From an uncultured Desulfosarcina sp. (GTDB lineage: Bacteria > Desulfobacterota > Desulfobacteria > Desulfobacterales > Desulfosarcinaceae): a DNA stretch of 64,000 nt. Where the stretch lies: contig CAXXWQ010000004.1 of NCBI GenBank assembly GCA_963674945.2, positions 1,376,001-1,440,000 on the forward strand, read 5' to 3'. The position numbers were made by a program, and so were the translations under genes. Shown one piece after another: positions 32,059-41,529 of this stretch. Every line of letters starts with the position of its first letter. Within the stretch, counting starts at the first letter, position 1. The notes beneath the pieces were generated by a model. That model searched no databases and was not told where the DNA came from. It worked only from the letters and a program-made list of their open reading frames with translations.

Positions 32059-32996
32059 CAACATTCCGATATCGAAAAAACGTTTCACCGGTTCTATGGT
32101 TGTGGTGCCCGGTGCTGGTCCTGCTGATGGGTGTGATTTTTTCCGCAATCATCGCCAGGGCCGAGAAACAAAAGGAAATGGAGAGGGAGATCTCCGTTTC
32201 CGCGACGTTCACCAACCTTGCCGAAGATCTCCTGTTGATCGACGCGGGCAGCCATTCGGTCACATTACGATTTTCAGGACCACCTGCTACGCTGAATAAA
32301 ATCGATCCGGGCCAGTTCGCCTGCACGGTGGATCTGTCGGGATTTGAAGCGGGTACCCATCGGGTGCCCATTGACCCCAATGAAATCGATCTCCCCAAGG
32401 GTGTATCCGTAAAATCCCTGGTAACTTCCGAGTTGACGATCCGATTGGAAGCCGCATCCGAAAAAACCGTTGATGTGGTGGCCGCCCTGAAGGGGAAACC
32501 GGCATCTGGGTATGCGGTGGCAAATGTCATCATTGTACCGGAACGCATCAAGATAAAAGGAACCAAAACGGTGCTGGATGGAATCGACACGGTAAAGACC
32601 CGGATCGTCGACCTGGCCGATACTTCGGACGACTTCAAAAAGGAGGTCCCCTTACACCTTCCCGAAGCCATCGTCGTCGATCCACCGTTGGGAATCGTGG
32701 TCGTTACGATCGAAGTGACGGAACGAATCGTCACCAGGGTCCTGGAAAATGTGCCCGTATCGGGTAAAGGATGCACTACGGGATTTCGAATCGCGCCGGC
32801 GGACATCAACTTAACCGTTCGCGGCCCCGAATTGATCGTCCAAGCGATCGAATCCAATCCGGATTTTTCCGTTACCATCGATCTGGCCGGCTTGCCGGCA
32901 GGGTCGCACATGCTCAGTGCCACCATCCGGTTGCCGATCCGGACGACCCTTGTGGACGTTCATCCGGATCATTTCTCGGTAACCATTGAAAAATAG
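32055..32996 (+). CDS. YbbR/CdaR-like protein (TM anchor plus repeated YbbR domains)
   Basis: N-terminal TM segment, repeated V-x-x-x-G-P/T motifs and 'IDLAGL..G.H' beta repeats. ATGA overlap with folP. Confidence 0.8.
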   Translation: MTTFRYRKNVSPVLWLWCPVLVLLMGVIFSAIIARAEKQKEMEREISVSATFTNLAEDLLLIDAGSHSVTLRFSGPPATLNKIDPGQFACTVDLSGFEAGTHRVPIDPNEIDLPKGVSVKSLVTSELTIRLEAASEKTVDVVAALKGKPASGYAVANVIIVPERIKIKGTKTVLDGIDTVKTRIVDLADTSDDFKKEVPLHLPEAIVVDPPLGIVVVTIEVTERIVTRVLENVPVSGKGCTTGFRIAPADINLTVRGPELIVQAIESNPDFSVTIDLAGLPAGSHMLSATIRLPIRTTLVDVHPDHFSVTIEK

Positions 32997-33010
32997 TTGA
33001 GGGAACCACC

Positions 33011-33784
33011 ATGCTGCTTGTCATCGATGTAGGAAACACCAACACGGTAATGGGTATCTACGATGGAAAAAAACTGATCCAGGACTGGAGGATTCGAACG
33101 GAACGAAATCGAACGGAAGATGAGTTTAACGTTATCGCGGCAAGCCTTTTCGCCAATGGCGGTGTCGAGGCCGGTGCCATCAAGAAAACGATCATCTCCT
33201 GTGTCGTTCCCCCCATTGTCACGATTCTGGACGCTTTCTGTCGGAAATACCTGGGGAACGTGCCCCATTGGGTGAACGCGCGTTCCTATAAGCGGATGCC
33301 GATTTTGATGAACAACCCCCAAGAAGTGGGCGCAGACCGCATCGTCAATTCCGTTGCCGCTTACCATAAATACCGAAAGAGCCTCATCGTTATCGATTTC
33401 GGCACGGCCACCACCTTCGACCTCATATCGCAAAAGGGAGAGTATTTGGGTGGCGTCATCAGTCCCGGTATCATGATCGCTTCGGAGGCGCTTTTTCGGG
33501 AGGCATCCAAGCTGCCCCGGGTGGAAATATTCGAAACACCGCGAAACGTTGTGGGAAAGGATACCGCCGAAGCAATCAAATCCGGAATCATTTTCGGATA
33601 TGCCGGATTGGTGGACGGTATCGTACAGCGCTTGAAGCGGGAGGTAAGCCCTTCTCCGACGGTGTTGGCAACCGGCGGTCTGGCGCCGTTGATGGCCAAT
33701 GTCGCCCGCAGTATCGAAAAGGTGGAATCCGATCTTACCTTAGAAGGACTGAGACTGATCAGTGAAGAGTTGACGGCTTCGTAA
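33011..33784 (+). CDS. coaX: Type III pantothenate kinase
   Basis: LLVIDVGNTN, VGADR, IDFGTATT, ATGG. Confidence 0.97.
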   Translation: MLLVIDVGNTNTVMGIYDGKKLIQDWRIRTERNRTEDEFNVIAASLFANGGVEAGAIKKTIISCVVPPIVTILDAFCRKYLGNVPHWVNARSYKRMPILMNNPQEVGADRIVNSVAAYHKYRKSLIVIDFGTATTFDLISQKGEYLGGVISPGIMIASEALFREASKLPRVEIFETPRNVVGKDTAEAIKSGIIFGYAGLVDGIVQRLKREVSPSPTVLATGGLAPLMANVARSIEKVESDLTLEGLRLISEELTAS

Positions 33785-33916
33785 AAAGCTTTTCCAGGCC
33801 AAAGATGGCGAAAAAGTGTTACGAAAAAACTCATTCTTCCACTATGTTGCCGACGGGCTAAAATGGGAAAAGCTTTTTCTGAGAAGTTTACTTTGATTCG
33901 TATTGATGAACGAATT
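33770..33916. repeat. Dispersed ~145-bp repeat, copy B
   Basis: Similar to 19177-19320 and 55580-55650. Overlaps the coaX stop codon. Confidence 0.8.
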
Positions 33917-33932
33917 CCTTAGAAGCCCGAGA

Positions 33933-34091
33933 TCACATCCCCATCTGTCGCTCTAGTTTTTTGATCTCTCTGGCGATTCGCTTTCTCTCCGATTCGGTTA
34001 GTTCCGGATCCTGAAGCTTTCGCACCAATCCGAGCAAAATCATCTCCTGGCGGTATTCACTGCAGTTGACAGGCTTTTTCCGAGGGTTCAT
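33933..34091 (-). CDS. Small (52 aa) helical hypothetical protein
   Basis: MNPRKKPVNCSEYRQEMILLGL...IKKLERQMGM. Same strand as, and downstream of, the pilT cluster. Confidence 0.6.
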   Translation of the reverse strand: MNPRKKPVNCSEYRQEMILLGLVRKLQDPELTESERKRIAREIKKLERQMGM

Positions 34092-34161
34092 CGTTGCCGT
34101 TGCACCAATTTTCGAAAATTGGATAGGATCCTTTGGGGACCGGGTGGAACGGCTTTTTTTA

Positions 34162-34818
34162 TCACACCATCGACTCTTTGTACACATGATAAAAAATGCC
34201 GAAATCGGCCATACCTCTTCGCAGGATTTTATCGAAGTCTACAATATTGTCCACGTTGACCACCATGTTCACGCTTTTTTGAAACGCCTTCATGTGGTCC
34301 ATCGTTCGAAATCGCTTGGTGATCATGGTAACGAAAATGTTGCGGCGGATGGCCATGTTGAGACGCTCCAAGTAAATCAGGACACCGTTGGCTTCCGGGT
34401 CTTTGGTATCGAAATATTCGTTGACGATGATGAGGTCGTAGTCGTGATACCGCATCGTCTTGAGTGCATCCCGGCTGTTGTTGACCTCCGTGACATGGTA
34501 TTCGAGAACGTTCATTACCGGCAGGATGTTTTTCTTTATGATGGGATCGGATTCACAAAGCAGCATGCTTTTCCCTTCCTCCTCTACGAAATCGAAGGGT
34601 TTGTCACTGGCATCCTCTCCGTTTGCGTCATCCTCGTCGAAAGAAAAAAAATCATCCTCGAATTCCGGAGGATCTTCCGCGGCAACCTGTTCGGCCACCG
34701 GTGGCACACTGATTCGATTCTCACATCGTGGACATTTCACAAATGCCGTTTTGTTTTCTGGAAGTTTATCATCGGCAATTCTGAACTTACTCTTGCATTG
34801 TTCGCAGCTGATGTCCAT
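34162..34818 (-). CDS. Zinc-ribbon (MJ0042-type) plus receiver-like domain protein
   Basis: CEQC...F...KCPRC, an acidic linker, then a REC-like fold with LIIVN at the acceptor position. Confidence 0.8.
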   Translation of the reverse strand: MDISCEQCKSKFRIADDKLPENKTAFVKCPRCENRISVPPVAEQVAAEDPPEFEDDFFSFDEDDANGEDASDKPFDFVEEEGKSMLLCESDPIIKKNILPVMNVLEYHVTEVNNSRDALKTMRYHDYDLIIVNEYFDTKDPEANGVLIYLERLNMAIRRNIFVTMITKRFRTMDHMKAFQKSVNMVVNVDNIVDFDKILRRGMADFGIFYHVYKESMV

Positions 34819-34867
34819 GGTCTTTCATCCGATCCTTTCCGTTTTGCGGGTGATCCGTCTTTTGCAA

Positions 34868-36031
34868 TCAGTTTTTATCGTACGAGCGGTCGATCTCCAG
34901 GTTGTCAATGTCGGTTGTGGACTCACCCCTTGCACTCTTCACCTTGTCGATACCACGGCCGGCAACCCCTTTGTGGGAGGCGTAGGCCATTGCCGTCTCC
35001 TGGGTTATCATTCCCTGCTCGTATAACCCGACAATGTAATCGTCGAAGGTAGTCATGCCGAAGGGACGCCCCGCTTCCATGATTTCGTAAAAGGTTTTCC
35101 CCTCGGACTCGCCGTTTAAAACGGCATCCTTGACCCGCAAATTGGTACCCAGAATCTCGAAAGCGGCCACCCGCCCACCGCCGATCTTGGGCAGTAACCG
35201 CTGGCCCACGATCCATCGCACCGTATCGGCCAGCCGGATGCGAATCTGCTTTTCCTCTTCGTTCTGAAACATTCCCAAAATTCGGTTGATGGTCTGGCCG
35301 GCATCCACCGTATGCAAGGTGGTCAGCACCAGATGACCTGTCTCGGCGGCATTCAGACCGATTTCAATGGTTTCCCGATCTCGCATCTCCCCCACCAAAA
35401 CGACTTTGGGTGCCTGGCGCAAGGCAGCACGCAGGCCATTGGAAAAACTGTCGAAATCGGTGCCCAGTTCTCGCTGATTAAAAGTCGCCTTCTTGTGGGG
35501 ATGCTGGTATTCGATGGGATCTTCCAGCGTGACCACGTGAACGGATCGTGCCTCGTTGATCTCTTCCAAGATGGCCGCAAGGGAGGTGGACTTGCCCGAT
35601 CCGGTCGCACCGGTTACGAAGACGATGCCGTTGAGTTCCTTTGCGATCTTGTAAAATGTGTCCGGCAGATTCAAGTCACGAATCGTGGGAATCTTGGACT
35701 CCAGTTTTCGCAGTACGATGGAGTAGTGACCCGTTTGGGAAAAGATATTCACACGAAACCGGGCCTTACCGGGAAGCGAATAGGAAAGATCGCATGACCC
35801 TGTATTAATTAGGGTTTCCGTGAGTCTTCGATCCTGCCCGATGAGGTTCAACGCAAACGTCTCGGTCTGAAATGGCGTCAACTCCTTGAGTTCCGGCTTG
35901 ATTTCCACCGGGACCAGTTCTCCGGAGCTTTCCACCTGAAGCGGTTTGCCCACGGTGAGGTTCAGGTCGGACACATTGCTATGGGAATCGAGCATCCGTG
36001 TCAGGATATGATCCACTTCCTGCTTTTTCAT
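34868..36031 (-). CDS. pilU: PilT/PilU family retraction ATPase (PilU-like)
   Basis: GATGSGKST, TLEDPIE, LRQAP, GEMRD, ETGHLVLTTLHT. Lacks the AIRNLIRE motif. Confidence 0.85.
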   Translation of the reverse strand: MKKQEVDHILTRMLDSHSNVSDLNLTVGKPLQVESSGELVPVEIKPELKELTPFQTETFALNLIGQDRRLTETLINTGSCDLSYSLPGKARFRVNIFSQTGHYSIVLRKLESKIPTIRDLNLPDTFYKIAKELNGIVFVTGATGSGKSTSLAAILEEINEARSVHVVTLEDPIEYQHPHKKATFNQRELGTDFDSFSNGLRAALRQAPKVVLVGEMRDRETIEIGLNAAETGHLVLTTLHTVDAGQTINRILGMFQNEEEKQIRIRLADTVRWIVGQRLLPKIGGGRVAAFEILGTNLRVKDAVLNGESEGKTFYEIMEAGRPFGMTTFDDYIVGLYEQGMITQETAMAYASHKGVAGRGIDKVKSARGESTTDIDNLEIDRSYDKN

Positions 36032-36116
36032 GATGTACCTCTGTCAGTGCCCACAAGGATCGGCGTATTCGATCCGTTGGATGGAAAAGGTGAACGGAAA
36101 ACGTCCATCATACGCG

Positions 36117-37199
36117 CTAGGCCTCCGTGAAATCCGTGGGCGGAGATTTGAGCAGCGGCCGGAAACGCCCTTTTTCATTGGCTTTGGTGTAGGCGTCATC
36201 GGCACTGATTCTCCCTTTGTTGTAAAGCTCCATAATGGCGTCATCCAAAAGCTGCATGCCATATTTTTTACCAGTCTGCATCATGGAGGGAAGTTGATGG
36301 GATTTGGACTCGCGGATAAGATTTCGAACGGCCGGTGTGGCAATGAGTATCTCCATGGCCGGGGCACGCCCTTTCTGGTCGACCCGTTTGAAGAGGGTCT
36401 GTGAAATGATCGCCCGGATGCCGTCGGCCAGGGTCGAACGAATCTGTGCCTGTTCTTGGGCCGGAAAAACCTCCACGATACGATCCACGGTCTTGGGGGC
36501 ACTGGTGGTGTGCAGGGTTCCGAAAACCAGATGGCCGGTAGCGCTCGCCTCGATGGCCAGGGAAATGGTCTCCAGATCCCGCATTTCGCCCACGAGGATA
36601 ATGTCCGGGTCCTCGCGCAACGCCCCTCGCAACGCAGCACTAAAGGATTTGGTATGCAGCCCCACCTCCCGGTGGTTTACCAGGCACCCACGACTCTTGT
36701 GCACGAATTCGATTGGATCCTCGATGGTAATGATATGATCGCTTCGGGACCGGTTGGCGACATCGATGATGGCGGCCAATGTTGTCGATTTCCCCGAACC
36801 GGTGGGGCCGGTAACGATCACAAGCCCCCGCGGCAATGAAGCCAGTTTGGAAATCACCGGTGGTAAGCCGAGTTGTTCGGCGGTCAGAATCGTGCTGGGG
36901 ATTTCCCGGAATACGGCACCGATCCCGTTTTTTTGCATGAAATAGTTGGCTCGGTATCGGGCAAGTCCGGGAATCTCATATCCGAAATCCACGTCTCCGG
37001 TCTCTTCAAACAACTTTACCTTGTCTTCCGGCGTAATTTCATAGAGCATCTTTCTAAGATCGTCGTTGTCCAACACCTTGTACTTGACGCGCTCGATATC
37101 TCCGTGAATGCGCAAGGCGGGGGGCTGGCCGGACAAGAGATGAAGGTCGGATGCGCTTTGTTCGTGCATGAGCTTAAAAAAAGCATCTATTCTGGCCAT
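36117..37199 (-). CDS. pilT: Type IV pilus retraction ATPase PilT
   Basis: GPTGSGKSTT, EDPIE, LREDPD, TLHT, AVRNLIRE, GMQ. SD AGGAG. Confidence 0.95.
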   Translation of the reverse strand: MARIDAFFKLMHEQSASDLHLLSGQPPALRIHGDIERVKYKVLDNDDLRKMLYEITPEDKVKLFEETGDVDFGYEIPGLARYRANYFMQKNGIGAVFREIPSTILTAEQLGLPPVISKLASLPRGLVIVTGPTGSGKSTTLAAIIDVANRSRSDHIITIEDPIEFVHKSRGCLVNHREVGLHTKSFSAALRGALREDPDIILVGEMRDLETISLAIEASATGHLVFGTLHTTSAPKTVDRIVEVFPAQEQAQIRSTLADGIRAIISQTLFKRVDQKGRAPAMEILIATPAVRNLIRESKSHQLPSMMQTGKKYGMQLLDDAIMELYNKGRISADDAYTKANEKGRFRPLLKSPPTDFTEA

Positions 37200-37340
37200 A
37201 AACGTCTCCTGAGTATGGATAAATGCCGTGCCCTTCCGGCCCATGGGCAATACGCCACCAGGAGGACAGGAAGAGACAACGGTGCGTCCCTTATTTGTCA
37301 CAAATTATCGTGCGATGTATTGTAAAACTTTAGGATTTAC

Positions 37341-37838
37341 TTAGTGGTTGAGGACTTTGATTTTGGTATCTTCGGTGGTAACGTCCGCCAGGTCTTCCTT
37401 TCCGATCTCCAGGAGTTTGGCGTGTGCATCGATGATCGCACGAATCTGGACTTCGATTTGGATACGCTGGCGTTTGAGTTCAGTGATATCTTCGTGGAGT
37501 TGGGATAGGCGGGAGTGGGCCCGGTTAAGGATCTTTTCGGCCTTGACCTCTGCATCGGCGATGATAATCTCCGCCGATTTGCGGGCATTGTCTTTCATCT
37601 GTTCCAGGAGTTTCTGGGAGTTGATCATGGCTCTCTTGAAGGTCTCTTCCCTCTCTTTGAAGCCCTGTTTTTCCAGTTCCATGCGGCGAAGTTTTTCTTC
37701 CTGTTGGTTCACGGTCTCCTGGAGGGCGGAAACGGATTTGGCGATCTGTTCCAGAAATTGATCCACTTCGCGAATATCAAACCCTCGGAATCGGACCTTA
37801 AACTGTTGCTGCTGAATGTCCAGGGGCGTTAGTTTCAT
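37341..37838 (-). CDS. DivIVA domain protein
   Basis: LTPLDI...F...FRGFD..EVD.FL followed by a coiled coil. Confidence 0.92.
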   Translation of the reverse strand: MKLTPLDIQQQQFKVRFRGFDIREVDQFLEQIAKSVSALQETVNQQEEKLRRMELEKQGFKEREETFKRAMINSQKLLEQMKDNARKSAEIIIADAEVKAEKILNRAHSRLSQLHEDITELKRQRIQIEVQIRAIIDAHAKLLEIGKEDLADVTTEDTKIKVLNH

Positions 37839-37862
37839 GGTACGTTCCTGTCTTTGTGGTAA

Positions 37863-38162
37863 TCAGATAAGCGAAGAAGCCATTCGCAAAAGGCTGTTCA
37901 CGACAAAAGTACGCAAAAAGATGATGGCGAGAAAGACCACGATGGGTGAAAAGTCGATACCGCCATAGTTAATGGGCAGTCTGGATCGAATCGGGTAGAG
38001 CACCGGTTCGGTAACGTTGTGGATAAATCGTACAATGGCGTTGTAAGGATCCGGATTGACCCAGGAAAGAATGGCGCGAAAGATGACGACCCACATAAAA
38101 AAAAGCAGCAACACATCCATAACCTTGGCCGCAGCCATCAAAAAATAGCCGATGATATACAT
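37863..38162 (-). CDS. yggT: YggT family membrane protein
   Basis: RAILSWVNPDPYN, TEPVL.PIR, IDFSPI. Confidence 0.93.
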   Translation of the reverse strand: MYIIGYFLMAAAKVMDVLLLFFMWVVIFRAILSWVNPDPYNAIVRFIHNVTEPVLYPIRSRLPINYGGIDFSPIVVFLAIIFLRTFVVNSLLRMASSLI

Positions 38163-38551
38163 AAACAATCCTTGTCCATAAGGGTTGGTTCCGGGGGCAA
38201 CAAAGGGCGGTGGTTCCCATAATCTTGGAAAAAATATGATCTTTCTCTCACATAAGTCAAGATTTTTCATGGGTTGAGGCAGGAGCAGCGCATGGGAAAC
38301 AATGAGTTGAAATCGCGGGAAAGTCGGATAAATGCAAATTCGGTTGCCTTTCGGGTTGGGAAGAACGATGGGAAGAAGCCCGCCACTTCATGCCACTGCA
38401 CCGAACTCATGGGAATGTGGATGGTTTTCGCGCCGTCGGGAACTACCGTGGATTCGATGTTTTCCCTTGACACGGCAAAGGAGAACCGCGTAGGGGAAAT
38501 TCCTATCACCATAGACCATCAACGATGCATCGTGCAAGGAGAAGGATGTTA

Positions 38552-39403
38552 ATGTTAAAAAGCAAGAAAATCGGCATGATCGGAACTGGAAACATGGGGA
38601 TTGCCCTGATTGATGGAATGATCCGCTCCGGAGTGGCCCAGGCCGCCAATATCATCTGTAGCGATACAAGCCAGGAACAACTTTCAAAAATAAAGGAAAA
38701 ATACCCCGTTCAAACGACGACCAGCAATATCGAAGTGATTCAGGTATCGGAAGTCGTCATCTATGCCATCAAACCCCAGATCATGGCCGGCGTACTCAAG
38801 GAAACAGCCGAATATCTGGACATGAGCAAGTTGATCATCTCCATCGCCGCAGGTGTCCCACTGGCGGCAATCGAATCCCTTCTGCAAAAGGATCTTCGGC
38901 TGATTCGGGTTATGCCCAACGTAGCCGTCGCCGTAAGAGAAGGTGCCACGGCCATCGCCGCCGGTGAACATGCCGGCGAAGAAGATGTGAATCTCGCCAT
39001 GACCATTTTCGATTCCGTAGGAAAATCAATTTTTGTCAAAGAAAATTCCCTGGATGCCATCACGGGACTGAGTGGCAGTGGTCCGGCCTATATTTTCACG
39101 ATCGCGGATGCCCTGGCCGATGCGGGTGTAAAAATGGGCCTGTACCGACAAGACGCTCTCACCCTTTCTTCCCAAACGATATTGGGTGCCGCCAAACTGC
39201 TTTTGGAAACCGGAATGCATCCAGGACAGCTAAGGGATTCGGTCACCTCGCCCGGCGGAACGACCATCATGGGTCTTCACGCCCTGGAGTCAGGGGGACT
39301 GCGTACAACGCTCATCAACGCCGTGGAGGCCGCCACCAACCGATCCAAGGAGCTTGGGGAGGCGATGATTAAAAATTTTGCACACGATCAAACCCAGCCC
39401 TGA
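38552..39403 (+). CDS. proC: Pyrroline-5-carboxylate reductase
   Basis: GTGNMG, IKPQ, SIAAG, RVMPN, SGSGPAY, VTSPGGTT. Confidence 0.97.
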   Translation: MLKSKKIGMIGTGNMGIALIDGMIRSGVAQAANIICSDTSQEQLSKIKEKYPVQTTTSNIEVIQVSEVVIYAIKPQIMAGVLKETAEYLDMSKLIISIAAGVPLAAIESLLQKDLRLIRVMPNVAVAVREGATAIAAGEHAGEEDVNLAMTIFDSVGKSIFVKENSLDAITGLSGSGPAYIFTIADALADAGVKMGLYRQDALTLSSQTILGAAKLLLETGMHPGQLRDSVTSPGGTTIMGLHALESGGLRTTLINAVEAATNRSKELGEAMIKNFAHDQTQP

Positions 39404-39456
39404 CCGATTACCGTAATTGGGGTATGATGATGGGAAATGAATATCGGATGGGAGCG

Positions 39457-39900
39457 ATGCCACCTCGGATAGCAAAACGACTCACGACCCTGGTCCGGAT
39501 CGGAATAGGATTGGTATTCGCCTATTCCAGCGTACCCAAAGCCCTCGATCCGCATGCTTTCGCGACGATCGTGACCAACTATCGTCTCCTTCCCCCGCAA
39601 CTGGTACTGATGACCGCGGTTATCCTCCCCTGGGTCGAAGCGGTTTGCGGATTCGCCCTGATCTTCGGCCGGTGGGAAAAAGGAGCGGCGCTCTTGGTGT
39701 GTCTGATGATGGCCGTTTTCTTATGCCTTACCTGGTATAATGCCTACCGCGGGCTAAACATCGCCTGCGGCTGTTTTTCATTGACCGCAAGCGAACCTTC
39801 CCATATCCTTCTGAACACCATCAGAAATCTTTTCATTTTGGCTGCTGGAACATGGGTTCTTCTTTTCCCGCAGGATGGAAAATACGACTCCATTTCATAA
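39457..39900 (+). CDS. MauE/DoxX family redox-associated membrane protein
   Basis: R..IG.VF.YS...K..DP..F....NY, LPWVE, RGLNIACGCF. Start approximate. Confidence 0.85.
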   Translation: MPPRIAKRLTTLVRIGIGLVFAYSSVPKALDPHAFATIVTNYRLLPPQLVLMTAVILPWVEAVCGFALIFGRWEKGAALLVCLMMAVFLCLTWYNAYRGLNIACGCFSLTASEPSHILLNTIRNLFILAAGTWVLLFPQDGKYDSIS

Positions 39901-40007
39901 GCCAAAGGGCGATATTGTAACCCAATTCGTTTTTTCGGCTCAGATCTCAAATAAAGAAAGATGTGTTGTCAGCAGTCTAACGAATTAAGGAATTGCCACA
40001 AAATCAC

Positions 40008-40706
40008 ATGTTCACTGAATCCATATCATACCCAGCGGCGCTGATTGCCGGTTTGCTGTCTTTTTTTTCTCCATGCATATTGCCGCTGATTCCCGCCTAC
40101 TTCACCTTCATCACGGGCTTGTCCCTGGACGAACTGACCCACGCGCGTTCGGGACGCATGCGAAGGCGAATTGTACTTTCAACCGCGAGCTATGTCCTTG
40201 GATTCTCTCTTGTGTTTATACTCATGGGGGCGTCCGCATCCTACTTCGGCGGCACCATGTTCAAGTATCGGGAATGGATCCGGATCATCGGTGGCACGCT
40301 GATTATCATTCTCGGCATTCACATGACCGGATTGTTGCGTTTTAAATATTTAGAGTTCGAACACCGGTTTCATGTCCGGAAAAAGCCCCTGCATTTCATG
40401 GGCACATTTTTGGTAGGCATGGCCTTCGGAGCGGGTTGGAGCCCTTGTATCGGCCCGTTGCTGGGTTCCATTCTCATCGTGGCGGGTAACCAGGAGACGG
40501 TCACACATGGTATGATATTGCTTTCCATCTACGCGGCGGGCCTGGCCATTCCCTTTCTAATCCTTTCCATCTTCGTCGACTCTCTGCTGGTGTTCATAAG
40601 AAAGGCCTCTTGGTCGATTCGCTACATCAATATCACGGCCGGCGTGCTGTTGCTTATTGTCGGCGTCTTATTGGTTACGGATAAATTGATGGTTCTAAGC
40701 ACATAG
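40008..40706 (+). CDS. ccdA: CcdA family thiol:disulfide transporter
   Basis: AGLLSFFSPCILPLIPAY, AGWSPCIGP, GLAIPF. Confidence 0.93.
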   Translation: MFTESISYPAALIAGLLSFFSPCILPLIPAYFTFITGLSLDELTHARSGRMRRRIVLSTASYVLGFSLVFILMGASASYFGGTMFKYREWIRIIGGTLIIILGIHMTGLLRFKYLEFEHRFHVRKKPLHFMGTFLVGMAFGAGWSPCIGPLLGSILIVAGNQETVTHGMILLSIYAAGLAIPFLILSIFVDSLLVFIRKASWSIRYINITAGVLLLIVGVLLVTDKLMVLST

Positions 40707-40717
40707 GAAATAGGCAA

Positions 40718-41197
40718 ATGATGAAAAAATGGATATTGACGACCTTATCCCTTGCACTGATCCTTGTCTTCACCGACAAGCGTGACCAACTGTTCGCCTC
40801 CCAGGCCACCGGCGATGGCATTCAATGGTTATCCTACGAAGAAGGCCGGATGCAGGGAGAGGCGCAACACAAAAAAGTCTTTTTGGTATTTCTCGCCGAT
40901 TGGTGTCAGTATTGCCACAAAATGAACAAGGAAACGTTTCAGGACCCAACGGTAATCGCCTATGTAAACCAAAACTTCATACCCATTAGCGTCGACCTGG
41001 ACAAAGAGCAAGATATTGGAAACAAATACCAGGTCCGAGGCTTGCCCACCACGTTTTTCTTGTCCGAAAAGGGGCAACGAATCGCAAACCGACCGGGTTT
41101 CATCTCATCCGATGACATGTTGAACCTGCTCAAGTACTACGATACGGACAGCTACCAATCCATGAGCTATACCGATTTTTTAAAAAAGAAAAAGTGA
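40718..41197 (+). CDS. Exported thioredoxin-family protein
   Basis: Signal peptide, ADWCQYC, cis-Pro motif GLPTT. Confidence 0.88.
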   Translation: MMKKWILTTLSLALILVFTDKRDQLFASQATGDGIQWLSYEEGRMQGEAQHKKVFLVFLADWCQYCHKMNKETFQDPTVIAYVNQNFIPISVDLDKEQDIGNKYQVRGLPTTFFLSEKGQRIANRPGFISSDDMLNLLKYYDTDSYQSMSYTDFLKKKK

Positions 41198-41202
41198 ATG
41201 GA

Positions 41203-41463
41203 TCAGTATGATCCATTGCCACCTCTTCTGGTCATGCGAATGGAGGTGGAAATGGTGATCGCCAGGGAGAGGAGGGCCAGAAGGCCTGGAACCCAGACAT
41301 AGGGAAGGTAGCGGGGTGTCTCGAAAGCTGCGACGATGCCGTATATGCTAAATGAAAACACACAAGCGGCAAACACCAGGGTTACCACCATCACCGGTTC
41401 CGTATCGTACCACGGAATGAAGGCTTTTCGAAAAAGCAACTCGTTTTTGGTTTTCACTTTCAC
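41203..41463 (-). CDS. Small two-TM hypothetical membrane protein
   Basis: FRKAFIPWYD followed by two hydrophobic segments. SD GGAG before the GTG start. Confidence 0.65.
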   Translation of the reverse strand: MKVKTKNELLFRKAFIPWYDTEPVMVVTLVFAACVFSFSIYGIVAAFETPRYLPYVWVPGLLALLSLAITISTSIRMTRRGGNGSY

Positions 41464-41529
41464 TCGTATCTCCGGAGTTCACGCCATATGATTTCGTTTG
41501 TCAACGATCGATCCGGCTTCACCACGCCC

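Noticed and set aside
39457..41197. Selenocysteine recoding in the redox genes
   Set aside because: All redox motifs use Cys codons; no in-frame UGA was found.
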